NCBI GenBank assembly: GCA_046563655.1
Contig: CM102285.1
Location: 1-64,000 of the forward strand
DNA length: 64,000 bases
Direction: 5' to 3'
Origin: Yuukianura sp. NJ FZ-2021
Lineage: Eukaryota
The position numbers were made by a program, and so were the translations under genes. The notes beneath the pieces were generated by a model. That model was not told where the DNA came from. It saw nothing but the letters and a program-made list of their open reading frames with translations, and ran no database searches. This document shows, piece by piece, positions 36,101 to 50,075 of the stretch. The stretch's first letter is position 1, and every line of letters starts with the position of its first letter.

Positions 36101-38265
36101 ACTCCCAAGGTTTCTCTCTTTCACTCCTCAAATACTTTTCAACTTGCAACAAAAAAGTGAACCTGGAGGTTACGTCTTCTCCAAAATCTTCTTCTTCTGT
36201 CTTTTCTAATAAAGTTTTTGGGTTTTTAGTTTGTCCGTTCGTGTTCCGTCCAGAATCTTCTGAGAACTGGCGACAGACGGAGAGACAGTAAATGCAAACT
36301 AGGCTGCTGGAGAAGTTCTCCAGAAAAGAGATTTCTCCAGAATTGTCCACCATTTCTCAAGAGCTTCCCAGAAATCCATTCATTATGAAAACGCATAAGC
36401 ACACGACTTACTTTTAGTAGTCACCAGAAAATTCAAATTATAACGCCAAAAAACGCACAATACTTTATACATTTTCAAAAAAAAACCCTTTTTATTTTTA
36501 GTTTAACAAAAAAGTTTTTATATTTTACTTTTTAGAAATTTCGCAGAAAGTAAGCATGAGTAGAATCAACGTTTCACAAATTACGCGATCCATTTTCCGG
36601 GGGGTTTAGGGGGAAATTTTTAGGGTGGAGGAAATTTTTGCAGATTTTTTTTTGCGAACTTTTTTTTTGTATGATTCCATTTTGAATTTTTAGTTGTAAT
36701 GATTCTCTGATGACGGAAATCTTTTTGCGGAATGAAACGAACTTGGATCGGTTTCAGTTTACCGGTTTGCGTTTCGGAAGTTGGAAGGTTGCTTTTGTTC
36801 AGTGTTGATATTTTCCTGGTGATTTTTAGTTAGTTAGAGAAAAAAAAGGAAGCTTATTGGAACTAATACGGTGGTATACTAGAAGTAAGTGGAGGGGAAG
36901 GAGAGCGGATGAATAGAAATAGAATTCGTTTTTTTGGTGGCGGTACAGCGGGAAATTCGGACTGGAAGGGAAACCAGGCTCTCTTCTCTTTTTTCCGGTG
37001 GAGATGGTGAACTGGAGAGTTTGTTCCAGGAGGGAGATGAGAATGAGAGAACAGAACTTCAGAGATCAGAGGAAATACCAAAAAACTTTTTAAGTATGGA
37101 AACTTTTTCTGCCAATTTCAAAAGACAAGAAGAGAGAGAGAAGTCTCTGCTTCAAATTCTGGACAAAAAAGGAAAAAATCGAAGACGAGTTTCAGGTTTT
37201 TTTTTTGAACGACGCAAAACTATAAAATTTTCGACTTGGCAACAACGAAAAATTCCAAACTCAAAACTTTTGAGGTTCACGTATTACGCAAACTTTGTAA
37301 AAGAGGGGGGGAGGAGGGTAATTTTACAGAAAACTTCCTTCAATACCTTAATTCCTAACGTAAATCGTAAAAGCGTAAAAACGCGAAAAAAAACCTTTGA
37401 AAAACCTTTTTTTAAGTTGTTTTATTGTACCCACCGAAAATTGGGTATGTTCGTGATTACGTAATTTGTGAACAGCATTATTTTTTTTAATTTTTAAAAA
37501 TAGTGTAAGGGTTTAGAAAATAGAAGAATTCAAGGTTTACTGCAACATTTTGTGTACATTTGTTGTTTTCTTTTCAGCTGAAGGTTTTTAAATTTTTGTG
37601 TTTTTGTACTTTGGAAATTATTTTGGGCAAATTTTTTCCCTTTTGAAAAATTAGAAAAAACGGAAGTTGGATTCTGTTTTGTACGGGAGAGTAAATGTGG
37701 CTTATAAGTTGGTTTGGGCGAGTGCCAGTGCGTGAGATTTTCTGTTTTCCGGAGGATGGATGGATGGATTGGGGTGAAGTGAAACTCTGTTTTACTGTCT
37801 CACAAAAATAGAAGGAGTAACTATTTCACTTTTTTCAAAAAAGAGAAAAGTTTAGTCCATTTTGGAAAAAAAAATTGATTTTTTATGGTTGGTATTTGGT
37901 GTGGTTGATGATTGATGTTGTGTATTTTGTTTGACATTTTTCCAGGTCGTGGACATCGAACACTTCACGCGACCATTTTAAGAACTGGCGACCGTTTTAA
38001 GGTCTGGCGACCATCTTAACGTCTGGCGACCATTTTGGGGTCGTGGACATTGACTCTGGGCATGGACTGCCTGTTTTGTGTGTAAATGAAGATCGATACT
38101 GGCAGGAGAGGATCAATTGGGTTTGTGGTGCCATTGACAAAAAGTACACACGGGAGAGTGTGAGTGAGCCACGAAGAGTACTTTTTTTTGTTCCCTCCAG
38201 GAGGGGGACTTGAACCCGTGACTCTCTCCGGCATCTCACTTGACTCTCTCCCTCTCGCTGCCTAA

Positions 38266-41200
38266 ATGGACGACGGAGGTGGAGGGGAGAGAGGGAATGT
38301 GAATGAGGCCACAACTCTCAACAGCGCGAGGGGGAGCGGAGATGAAGGTTTTTCCCGCCAAACTCAAAACGTTCCTGTCCAAATGGAAGATCCGCCAAAT
38401 TCAAACAATCTCCTAGGCAACAATCATGATCATTCTCCACAAGGAAGTGATAGCCACTTTGATCTCATCTCTCTCTCTACTCAATCTCAACATCCTCATT
38501 CTAAGAACAGGAAATTTGAAGATGGCGCCAAAACTCAAACTGCTGCCACTCAACAACTTAGCATGGCGCCACCACTTTTGGAAAATGAAGTGGAGCCACC
38601 CAAATTTGAACATTTGGAAGCAACAGGATCCAATTTTGAAAATAGCCAACAGGAAATCACCATAGACCCAGTTCTGAAAAGGGATTTAGAACACAGCACT
38701 GAACAGCACAAAAATGCTGGCGAAGTACTTGAAAGTGGGGCTGAACAGCACAAAAATGCTGGCGATGTACTTGAAAGTACTGCCCAGGAACTAGAAAACG
38801 GAGACAAACTTGAGCAAACGTTGGAGCATGTGCATGAGAACGTTTTTGTTGAAGGGAAAAACGTTTTGATTGAAGACAAAAACGTTTTAGCGAAGCACGA
38901 AAACGTTTTGACGGAAGAGAAAGGATACTCAGCCGAAACGGAAGAATTTCGCCGAAATGGCGCGAAAGAAGAAGAGAAAAGCGCGGAATCCGAAGTTCTA
39001 AATGAAATACGTACAGAACACGGCAGTTCCGAAGATCTGAACCAAACAAGTTTAGAAGTGGAGCCGAATTCAATTGAAATTAGCACCAAACCGGAAATTG
39101 AACTTTTAAAACTGCCGGAATCTCAAAATCCGAACTCCGAAACGGAACTAACCGGGAACGAAACGGTACAAAATGGGTCCGATTCGTACGAAATCCTTCG
39201 CTCCCCCACCCCACCCCCTTACGAACCGCTCTCCCCACCGACCAAGGACTCCTGTGCAGTTGAAGACCAAACAGAGCATGCGCAGACCAGTTTTTTTGGT
39301 GACTGCTTAGCGTCTGGTTCTGTTGTTCGGCGGGGCAGCGCCCTCAAGCGGCGTGGTGGAGACGAGGATGGTGGGGCAGGTCCACCGAAGAAGAAGCGGT
39401 CGATCACATTTGACGGCGTGACTGTGTTCTACTTTCCACGCGCTCAGGGCTTTACATGTGTTCCCTCACAGGTAACACTTTCACTTTGCTTTCTCTTTCT
39501 CTAACCTAAAACCTAACGTAATCCCGCGTCTTAACTTAAAACCTCCCCTCTTCCCTTGCTCTCTTCAAGTTGAACCCATTGACTCACCCTGGTCACACTG
39601 AGCCACCACAACCCAAATCAAACACTGTCAACTCAAGTCTCTCCACTCACTTCATGACTCCTCAACTTATGCATTTCTAATAGAAAAAAAACTTCAATCC
39701 ATCATTTTCAATCTATCACAACTCATTTTTCAATTTTAGGAATAATTTTTGGAATTTTCGAGCCAGAGTAGCTGCTGGGATTAAGATTTTTAAAGATTTC
39801 TGGGGGAAGTCCCAGTACGCTTTGCACAGCAGAGCTTACATTACGTAAATTTAAATCAACTAAAAACAAATTTAAATTTAAAATTTAATCTTAATCCCCC
39901 AACTAATCAAATTTCAAGTTTTCTAATTTTTTCACGTTTTCTAATTTAACTCAAAACTTAAAAAACGACGCTATTTACTATTTGAAAGTGATTTTAAAAA
40001 ATGCGTTCGGCGACGTCCCAGTGGACTTTGCGTAGCAGAGCTTCTTATACCCCAACGTAAATTAAACTCAGGAACGGTTTAAATTTTTTTAAAACATTTT
40101 TCGTTTTTTGTTTGAAAATTTTTTAGATTTTGAAGTAAAAAATTATCGAATGCGAATAGGGGTAAGCTTAATACTATAATTTGTTAACGACGTGACGATG
40201 GGGAAGTTTTGTTTTAATTTGCTCTACGTTTCCCTCCTAAAGCAAAGTATTTGAACAGCAAGGCTTTGTCTATTTTTTAAAACAAACTTGATTTTTAAAA
40301 AAGAATGTTTGTAAGTTCGCTGTTTTAAAATGTAATGTAGAAGTACAGTGAACATGAGTGTGTAGGTGTGTGGTGGTTTGTAAGTACAAGTGCATGAGAG
40401 ACACAAATCCAAGTTTATTTCCAGTGGGAGTCCAAAAAAGAGAAAGTGGAGGTTGTTTCAAACTTTTTGAAAATGGGATTTTGTTTCGCTTTTTGAAATA
40501 ATTGTGAAACACGCTTTTCTCCCATCCGCTCCTCCCCGACAGAAAGAGCGGGTGAATTCGTCCAAATCCCACTTCGCTTCATTTTCAAAATTAGCGCCTC
40601 TCGGGGCCAAGGTTTGGGCGCCACTTTTCTTCTTTTCAAAATGGAAGTTTGTGCAGTAGAAGTCTCAGGAAATCCAGTTGATGAGAAAAGGTGAAAGTCT
40701 CAAAGTTTTCAGTTTCTGAAATCAATACTTTTACTTGGGTGGGCACATGAATACAGAGAAAGCAAAAGACCCCCCCCTCTTTTGGAAGGGGGGGGGGCGG
40801 GTCTCCCTCGAACTTTCTCTTGTGGAGTTTGTGGATGACGCCAAGCACATGCTACTTACTTGACTCGGGACTCTGAGCCAGAAAGTAGCATGTTGCGCCG
40901 CATTTTCAAATGCTTCAATCCGCCTTCGACACCTTTCTCCCTCTTGTACAGTCACAAATTACATTGAAAAGTGGTGGGAAATAACAAAATTGCTTTGGAT
41001 TTTGATTTTTCCCTCGCTAGATTTCTGTTAGCTCAGAGTTTAGCGTTGTGAAAATTTCCCTTACAGATTTCCCCAAAAATTTCCCCTCCCAAAATTTCCC
41101 TAGCAATTTTTTTTTGGAATTTCCCTCCGGAATTTTTCCAAACATTTCCCCCCGAGATTTCTTCCAAAATTTTCCCTAGAAATTTTTTCTCGCCCTTCGG

Positions 41201-44200
41201 AATTTCCCCTCGAAATTTCTCTCAAAATTTCCCCAAAAATTTCACCTAGAATTTTTTCATTCCAAAATTCTCCCCCAAGTTTTTCCCCTCCCAAGACTTC
41301 TCCCGCGTTTTTTTTCAATGATTTTTCTTTTTTTTTCTCTGAAAATTGCCTCCCGAATTTTCTTGAATTTCCTTGCGCATGCGTATTGTAAGTTTTGTTT
41401 ACGGCCTCACCTTGAGTGTTTTTTTCTGGTTGAAGTTATTTGTTCAACTTTTTTTCTGTTATACATGATTTGTGTAATTAATGTAAGAGGGTGTTGGGAA
41501 TTTTCGTTTTGATGAGGCTCAAAAGTAAGTTGTGGGTGAAAGGGAAAGTGAAAGTCCGTGGAAAGTTGTGTGGACCAGCATGTATTTGGAGGAAGTGCCG
41601 TCGCGGTGGGGAAGTTGTGTTTTTGAATTTCCAACTTTTACATTTTCATTTGAGAAAGTTTTTCAAATCAATACGGAGAAAGTTTCCTTGGAAAAGGAAA
41701 CTCCACTCTCTTCCAACTTTCTCTTATCCAGTCCCCTCACTCCAAACACTTCCCCTCATCTAAATCTCACCCACCCCTCCGAATACCCCTCAGAGGGGGT
41801 CACGTAATATGTGCATGAGTATAAACTGGTTCCGAGGTCAAAGGTCACTGTGCTTTACAACAGGCCACTCTAGCTATGATAGAATAGTACACGTTGGAGT
41901 CAATGACCTTGTTAGCTCCACCCCCGAAAGTGATGACGTAATACGTAGCCCCGAGGAAATTTTGGTTTTGCAGGAAATTCTATACAAAAATCTGTAATTA
42001 GTTTTTTTTTTCTAAAATTTGAATTTGGAGAAAGTTGACCTCCCCCCCCCCCTTGCGTTGTGGTGACGTAGTATGTTGGGTGGTGTACGTGGTTGACCTT
42101 TTGTAGCTCATTACAAGAGAGAGGAAGGACGGAAGGAAGGGAGTGTTTTTATTTGAATTTCCCACTTTTCATTTCCATTCCCTCGCTCCAGAATGTACTT
42201 TGTGGAGAGTGTAGCATGTAAAAATCGATCTGTGTTTCTGACTTTGGTTTGTGTGCTTTCCAGGGCGGCTCAACTCTGGGCATGGCGTCAACCCACTCCT
42301 TCTGTCGTACATTCACACTGCAAGAGCATGGACAGGAGCAGAGGAGGGTCCACAGGCAGATGCTCCTCAGACTCCGTCAGGAACAACAAGCCCCACCGTC
42401 TCCCGGTGGCTCAAATGGAGCCACGAATGACCCGGAGGATGACCTCACTCCCTTGATGCTCATTCGGCCAGACCCTCCGGGAGGAAGTGAGTCGGAGGAG
42501 GAGGAGGAGGAGAGTGACTCCGACCTTGACCTGGACAACTACTACTTCCTCCAGCCAGTTCCCACGAAGCAGAGGAGGATGCTGCTGCGGGAGGCGGGAG
42601 TGAGGAAGATCGACTCCATGGAGAGGGATGAGTGTCGCGACATTCGGAGTTCCCGGGAGTTTTGTGGATGCAACTGCAAGTCCTACTGTGACCCCGACTC
42701 TTGTTCCTGCGCACAAGCCGGCATCAAGTGTCAAGTGAGCCAAAAAAATAAAAAGCAACACTGTTTTTTGAAACAAAAAAAAACGTTTTCCAACAAAAAC
42801 GAAAACGATTTTATCACACGTTTAAAGTTTTTGAACTAAAGCGAAAACGTCTCTGAAAGAAGAGAAAACGTTTTCATCATTCAATTAAACGTTTTTGAAA
42901 GAAAACGTTTTTATCACAGAATTTAACGTTTTTGGAAGAAGGCGAAAACGCTTTTATCACACAATTTAACCTTCTTGTAAGAAGCAAAAACGTTTTGAAA
43001 GAAAACGTTTTGAAAAGTGAAAACGTTTTTGCAACGTTTTGAACGAAAGGTTTTGAATTTTCCTCTGGTTGAGGAAGGCAGGAAGGTTTCTGCGTCAGTA
43101 AAACTTTTATTTTATCGAAAAATGACAAACTGGTGAGAGTTTTGATTTGAAAAAATGATGAATGTATTTTCAAATGTTTTTCTTGTGTATAAATCTTATG
43201 TATTTTTTGAATTTTGATTGTGATGCATTGGATAATTTTTGTTTTGGTTTTGACAGGTTGATCGGTTGAGTTTTCCTTGCGGGTGCACGCGAGATGGTTG
43301 TGGAAATCAAAATGGAAGAGTAGAGTTTAACCCGATTCGAGTTCGGACTCATTTCATCCACACGCTCATGCGCATTGACTTGGAGAAGAAGAGCGAACAG
43401 GTGATTGAACCTCCTAATCCACCTCCCTCTGCGCAGACCCAAGTCTCAGCTCCTGCGCAGCCACAAATTCCACCTCCTGCGCAGACCACTCCCCCCACTT
43501 CTGCGCAGAGTCCAACTGTTAGAGTAGTCCACAAGTTCGTGACATTTCCGAAGTTGATTAAGATTGTGACGACGACAGCCTCTGATTTGGACACCAAAAT
43601 TAACAAATAAGCTTCTCTCATTGAGTGTTATTTGAGATTTTCAGAACAATAAATTTATTGTAATCAAGTTAAAATCAAGACAAACTTAGAAGAATTATTT
43701 GAATCAAGTGCGGGAAGAGTAATTCGTTTTTGAAAGTTTTATAGCTTACCGCCTCTCAAGAAATCCGTTTGTGAGAAAGATAAATTTAGAAGCAATAGAC
43801 ATACATTCTCTCTCAGACTGTCATTCACGTCCAATTTAATCTCCTTCAGAGGTGTGCACCACTTGGGCACTCGGTCAACAACAATCTGATCAACTGAAAA
43901 AACATCAACAATATTACGATTTAAATATTTAATAGTTCAACTACAATTTCACATCACTTCCAATTTTATCTCCTTCAGAGGTATGCAACTTTCATCAAAC
44001 CATAAAAAATCAAGATCAGCTTAACATTTTAAAAAATGTGTATAAAGTACTTAAAAATAATAATATAATTTAGCTAAAATTTAGGATGGTGTAAAAAGTA
44101 TATTATGAAATTTGATGTTGATCGAATTGTTGTATACCAAATAACAAGTTTTGTGGAGCTATCACCAGATTTTTCAAAAACAAACCACGTGATTTTTCTT

Positions 44201-45684
44201 GTGTTTTTGGTAAAGTTTTTTAAAATTGGTACTTAAGTGTGGTTTTCATTTTGTGTTTTTTTAAGCAGAATGGACACCATTTGCATCAGCTGAGTCATTC
44301 CATGATGCTTCCTCTGACAGCTCGACATGCCACAACTCAGCCGCACCTCTCTCAAATCAATTCAAACTTGGCGGCTCTCAACTCCATGAGCACCATGTAT
44401 GGTGGCCTCTCGCCCCACCACAAGCCACTTTGCACCATCCAGCAACCTCTGACCCACCACTGGAATGGGGCGGGGCAGGACTACTTCAAGGCCCACGAAC
44501 ACCATCCATGCATGGCAGAAGTCAACGGAGTCAATGTCCATGGCAACGGATCTCCTCATCTCCATGGCAACGGATCTGCTCATCTCCATGGCAACGGAGC
44601 TGCTCATATCCATGGCAACGGATCTGCTCATATGCAAGAGTACAAGTACAACAATGCACCACTTTTACGTGACATTTCGTTTAGTGCCACGATGGAACTG
44701 GAGTCTTGTGTCAATGCTGGCAACTACACCAACGTTCACTTTGACAATCAACGAATTGACCCGCCCGAACTTTCTTTTCAAAATTCAAATCCCGCCGGGA
44801 TTCCCGCCATGACCGCGGCGGGCATGACCCCGGCGGGTATGGGAATCCAACTCTTACATCACCACCAACCAATGACAGGCCTCGAACTGCGCGTGCGCGA
44901 TGACCCGCTTGACCTCTACTCCACATTTAGAGAGGATTCTTATTCTGAGACGAGTGACGACTTCAGCAACGAAAGTGGCGACAACCGATTTCAGCCAACT
45001 CAAAACAGCGACAACCGATTTCAGCCAAACGGTCAAAACGGCGACAATCGATTTCAGCCAAACAGTCAAAATGGAACGCCGGGAATTTCAAATTTAAATT
45101 CAAATAATGGCGGGATGGATTATGGACCAGGAGAGTATTATGCCAACCCCTACCAATATGCAGCTGAGCAAGGGCCATACCAGTCTACTGCGCATGAGCA
45201 CAACGGTGATGGTCAACTTTACTCCAACCCAGCACAATATTCCAGTATTTCCAGTATTGGCAGTATTTCCAGCATTTCTACTATTGGCAGTATTTCCAGC
45301 ATTTCCAACGGATGCAGTTACTCTGCTTCTTCTTCAACAACTTCTGCCCTCTGCACTTACACAACGGAAATGCCTCTGCGCATGCCAGAAGAGGCGACGA
45401 TGCTCCACTCTGCGCAGCCTCAAGTCGTTAGTTCGTACACTGACCTCAGTTTGACCTCTTATACCAAGTTGGAGCCATTCTCTGACCTGCTTCACAATGG
45501 AATCCAGGCAGCCAATGGGATTGATGCGTCCTACGCATGCGCAGTTGACGAAGAGGAGTTAGGCCGAACCAGCAGCGAGGCAGAAACGGAGACGAGCAGC
45601 TCTCGCTCTTCCGAAGACGAACGAATCGGCGACAACTTCGGAGAGATCATCAAGAAAACCATGGTCGAAACCGTGTCGGCTTAA
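38266..45684 (+). CDS. CSRNP: Cysteine/serine-rich nuclear protein (Axud1)
   Basis: Exons 38266-39471, 42264-42734, 43257-43400, 44269-45684. Motifs [121 protein letters not shown], and the end [16 protein letters not shown]. Confidence 0.95.
41050..41320. repeat. Low-complexity AAAATTTCCC-like intronic array
   Basis: Many degenerate (a)aaatttccc(c) units. Confidence 0.8.
42770..43050. repeat. Degenerate AAAACGTTTT array in a CSRNP intron
   Basis: Repeated aaaacgtttt. Similar arrays at ~26060-26440 and within exon 1 at 38838-38910. Confidence 0.8.
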
Positions 45685-48383
45685 AACCGGGTTCGGTTCG
45701 GAAAAAGTTCGTTTTGTCTTGGAAAAGTTCGTTTCGTTTCGGAAAAGTTCGTTTCTATCTCGACCGCAGAACCAATCAGAGCAGAGGAACCAATTTTGGA
45801 AAAATGGTGCAAAAAGTCAAAAGCGAAAATCACTTTACACAAAATAGGGCTAATTGAAGTCGTTTTTAAGAGGGGGAAGTTCAAATCCTGGAAAAAGGTT
45901 TTGAATGTTCAAAATTTTGAGTTTTAGTCTTCATTTTTTGAAAAAGTGAAGACGGTTCTTGTCTTTCATTTAAAAAACACAAAGAACCTTTTTTAAAAAT
46001 TTCGTGATGTAAAAAAGGACTTTTTTGAAAAGCCCGCCATCTTTTCCCTGCTAAATCTTGTGAACTTTTCACGTTAGTTTTCGGTTTTGTACTTTTGTTA
46101 TTTTTTTGTCTTGATTATTTTAGAAACGAAATTCAAAAGTTCGTTTTTTTTTTTGAATTTTTAATTTGGCGCTTGTAAAAATTAAAGTTGCCGCCTATTT
46201 GCCATGTGGTTAGCAATAGAAATGTAGCAATAGTGGAGTGGTAGTACTACGCACGCGCGAGGATTTAAAATTCCAGACTCCATAATAAAACTTAACAAAT
46301 GGTGCAATTAAATTGTAACTTCGTAGCCTAAACATATTGTTAGTTTTACAGTTAAAACTTAGGAATTTAGTTAATGTAATTAGTAGTAATTACAAATAGT
46401 TCATAAGGTAATTACAAGTAATTCATAAAGTAATTAAAGTAGTTCGGATCTTCTTATAGTCTTTACATGTTAGAATTAATATTGGTTTTTGACAATTTTG
46501 AAAAAGACGTACAAAAATTTCAAATTTGGAAGACGCTAAAGAGGCCATGCATTTTATTGAAATTACCAACCATGAAATTGTCAAAGTAATTAAATTTGTG
46601 AAGCTTAGCTAATTAGCAAAATTGCTAAATTTGCTTTTAGCTAAAATTGTCTTAGCCAAATTTGCAACAACTTGCTAAAAACGCTAAAAGTAAGAAAAAA
46701 AAGTAAACGAACGCCATTTACTACTAAAAGTAGGCCGGCCACGCCCAAAAAACACGCCTAACAACGCCTCTCTGCTTTCAAAATTTCGTAAAATTTTTCA
46801 AAACAAATTTTGGCGCCAAGCATTCTATTGGTGAAAAATTTTCAATACTTGCAAATCTTTTCTGCTTAAAACAAATGAAACTTTTAGCGCTTCCGAGCGG
46901 TACCATTTAAAAAAAATTAATCAATCGCTGAGGAAGCGATCGACGAGCTCTTCTACAAAAAGTAATGTGTCTCCCACTTTTAAATGAGAAGCTTTAAGAC
47001 ACGAAATTGTTAAATGACATAAAATTAATTACAACTAATTAGAAGTAATTATAGTTAAGTAATTCAAGTAATTAGTTACCTAGAAGTATAATTCTTGTCA
47101 GTATAGCAAGGAAGCAACAATTTTGCACAAGAAGAGAGAACATTTTGGTTTGTGAGAAGTTGAGAGTGAGAGGTCAAGAGAGGTCACAACAATTTCATTT
47201 GTGAGAACACAGTATTTCCGATTGGTTTTTAGTGAAAACCAATGCAACTTAAGTTTTTTGTCAAGTTAATTCTAAAGTTAAGAGTTAACTAAATTATTTA
47301 AGATTTAAAAACAAATGCTCCCGAATTGAATAAAAGTTACAAATACAAAGTGCAGTCGAATGCATGTTTTTTAGTAGAGATTAAAAAAGAAGCAAAATTT
47401 TAAATGAGTAAAAGTTTTAAAATCCAGTGAGATTTTTGAGTCAAGCGTTTAAAGTTAGATTTTTTTGTGATCGGAAAGTGCCGATGTGTGAACGGAGAGA
47501 AGCTGAGTGATTGACATTTGACAAAACAGCTGAGTGGCTGTTGAACAATATTGTTGCTCAGTAATTAGTTAATCAATTGGTTGTGCTTCAAGGTCAAGGG
47601 TCTCTAAACTCCATTCGTCCAACAGTGACCAAGTAAGTGTATTTTGTAACAACATTTTTCTAATTGTACATTTGTAATTTTGTAACGTCGTTATCTTTCC
47701 ATATGTAAATATATGTGAAACGTTTGATTTACGTTATGTTGGGGTGGTACGGTAAGGCATTTTGTATATGTTTCCACTGTAGGGACCAATTGAATGTCCA
47801 ACACCAAAGTCACTTCCTGTTGTGGTAGGGTGGTCCACTTCGTCACGATCATTATGAGATCATACGATCGAGAGAAAGTGGACATCCACTGTAACACTCT
47901 CAAGATTGTTCCTGTAGGAATTCTGTTAATTTTAGTTACATGGTTGCATTCCATAGTTAGTGCCGATGATCGGTTATCAGTTCGTGTTTGTGGAAAAAGG
48001 TTAAGATAATTTAGCTAACGAGTACGTGCTTTTCTAACACTTTTTTTACTTATTTCTTTTTTTAATGGAAAACCTAATTTGAGAACTTTTTATTTTCAAC
48101 AGGCACTTGAAGTTGGTGAAATCAGTGCTGAAGGTCATCCAAACATCGTCATTAACTTCACTCTTACTCTGGATGCGAACGTAAAGAGAGAAGTGACGAC
48201 GGGATACTGAAACATTTATGGAATTCGTGTTCCGAGTTCCCACGACGTGTTGTCCAATTCCATTGTTGCCTCAATTCCTTCTGAAAACGTCAAATTTGTT
48301 GTGAAAACGTCGAAAGTGGAAGAAACAAGGAAGTGAATTAACTAAATCAATCAATTAGTTTGAACTCTTGAAGTGTGACCGAC

Positions 48384-49515
48384 ATGGATACTCATATTGA
48401 CCCAGCAGCAGCAGCAGATATTGACTGGGTGCCGTTTGCCTTGACCCATGTCGAATTCCCTCGTGGTGAGTCAAAGTTAATCTTATCGTTAGTTAACTTT
48501 TAATACTAACTTAACTTTGTACTAATTAAATTAAGTTAATTAAACTGAATATGTTTCAGGTGATCTGGTTGGGAAAATCCTTGCGATTGCCAGCTTGACT
48601 CCGATGGCAGTCATCGCTGGATTTATAACGCTCATTCTATTCCGGAGAGATCTCCACACGGTAAGTGACAAGAAAACGCAAATAAGTTTAACTTTTTCAA
48701 CGTCAAAGTTCATTTGTTTTGTTTTCAGATAACTTTTTTCCTTGGGTTCCTGTTAAACGAACTGCTGAACATGATTCTGAAGTACACAATTCGCGAGTCG
48801 AGGCCGATGCAGAGAAATGTGCAGTACACAGAGTTCGGCATGCCTTCGTCACATTCCCAGAACATGTGGTTCTTTGCCATCTACTCAGTCTTCTTTGTCG
48901 TCTTTAGGTAAGCACTTTAAGCAAAAACATCATTGACCTTTGACCTTTCCGGAAGAATTACAGTCTCTTTTTGATATTTAACAGGCAACACCGCTACCCA
49001 ACCAAGTCCAACATGCTGAATTTGGTCCATAAGCTAGGAATCATTCTCATCGTCATCTCCGTCGCCACTTGTGTCGCATACAGCAGGTAAGTGTAATCTG
49101 ATGGGTAGAAAACTAAAACGTTTTCAATTCGTAATCGACACGGTAACGTTGTTTCTTAGAATCTACTTGATGTACCACACTTGGTCACAGATCTTGTGGG
49201 GCGGTGTGATGGGTACGATTTTTGCCACTGTGTGGTTCGGTATTACTCAACACTTCTTGGCTCCACGCTTCCACGAAATTGTCACTTGGTAAGATGCTAT
49301 GACCGGGATTTCAAATTTTCAAAAATGAAGACTCCAAATTTCGAAATTTTGAAATGCTAATGTGGATTGTTGATTTGAATTGCAGGCCGATATCCGAGTA
49401 CCTCCTGCTGCGAGATACGAGTCTCATTCCGAATATCCTGTGGTTTGAGTACACCACCACTCGGCAGGAAGTACGCAACCGATCACGCAAACTAATCTCT
49501 ATGAAATCCCAATGA
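48384..49515 (+). CDS. DOLPP1: Dolichyldiphosphatase 1 (PAP2 family)
   Basis: Six short exons. [79 protein letters not shown]...[11 protein letters not shown]. Confidence 0.95.
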
Positions 49516-50075
49516 CCCTTGTACAGCCTCTACAGTTGCAGAAAGAGAAGTGTTGATCTGGAGATGCTCCACTCATGGAGGTCAAGGTCATGCAGAACCA
49601 ATACACCACAATAGCAACACTTCTTAATTGACTAATTCCCACTTTCTTACTCTTCGATTTATACACGCTACTTAAGGCATCTTCTACAAGTGGACTAGAC
49701 TTCAGTTAAGTAGTTAATTACTTAATTACGATTGACGAAGGTGATGGCCGCATTTTATGAACTTTGTTATTAAATATTTAATAAAATCACTTTCGTTTCA
49801 TCCTACTTTATTTTAACAATCTTCCTATTGTAAAGTTTTCAAAACATATTCAGTGGATTCCGAGGATTAGTATGTCCCGTTCTTTTTCAAAACTTTTTGG
49901 CGGGAATCTTGTATGGTTTTTTAAGTGATTTGAATTTACGGTTGTTAACCAAAACAAGCGTGTTTTCTTTGGTTTTTGCTTTTCGTAAACCTTGCTGCTG
50001 ATTAATCAATTAATTAATTAGCTAATCTTATTGGATTGGTACTAAGTTTACAACAGTTGAAGAATTGGGATTGAG

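Noticed and set aside
36006-37464. ORFs of 115 and 176 aa near the CSRNP promoter
   Set aside because: A/T-run-biased composition and no motifs. Probably 5'UTR, promoter or first intron.
38413-45178. Antisense and alternate-frame ORFs over CSRNP exons
   Set aside because: Shadows of the real coding strand.
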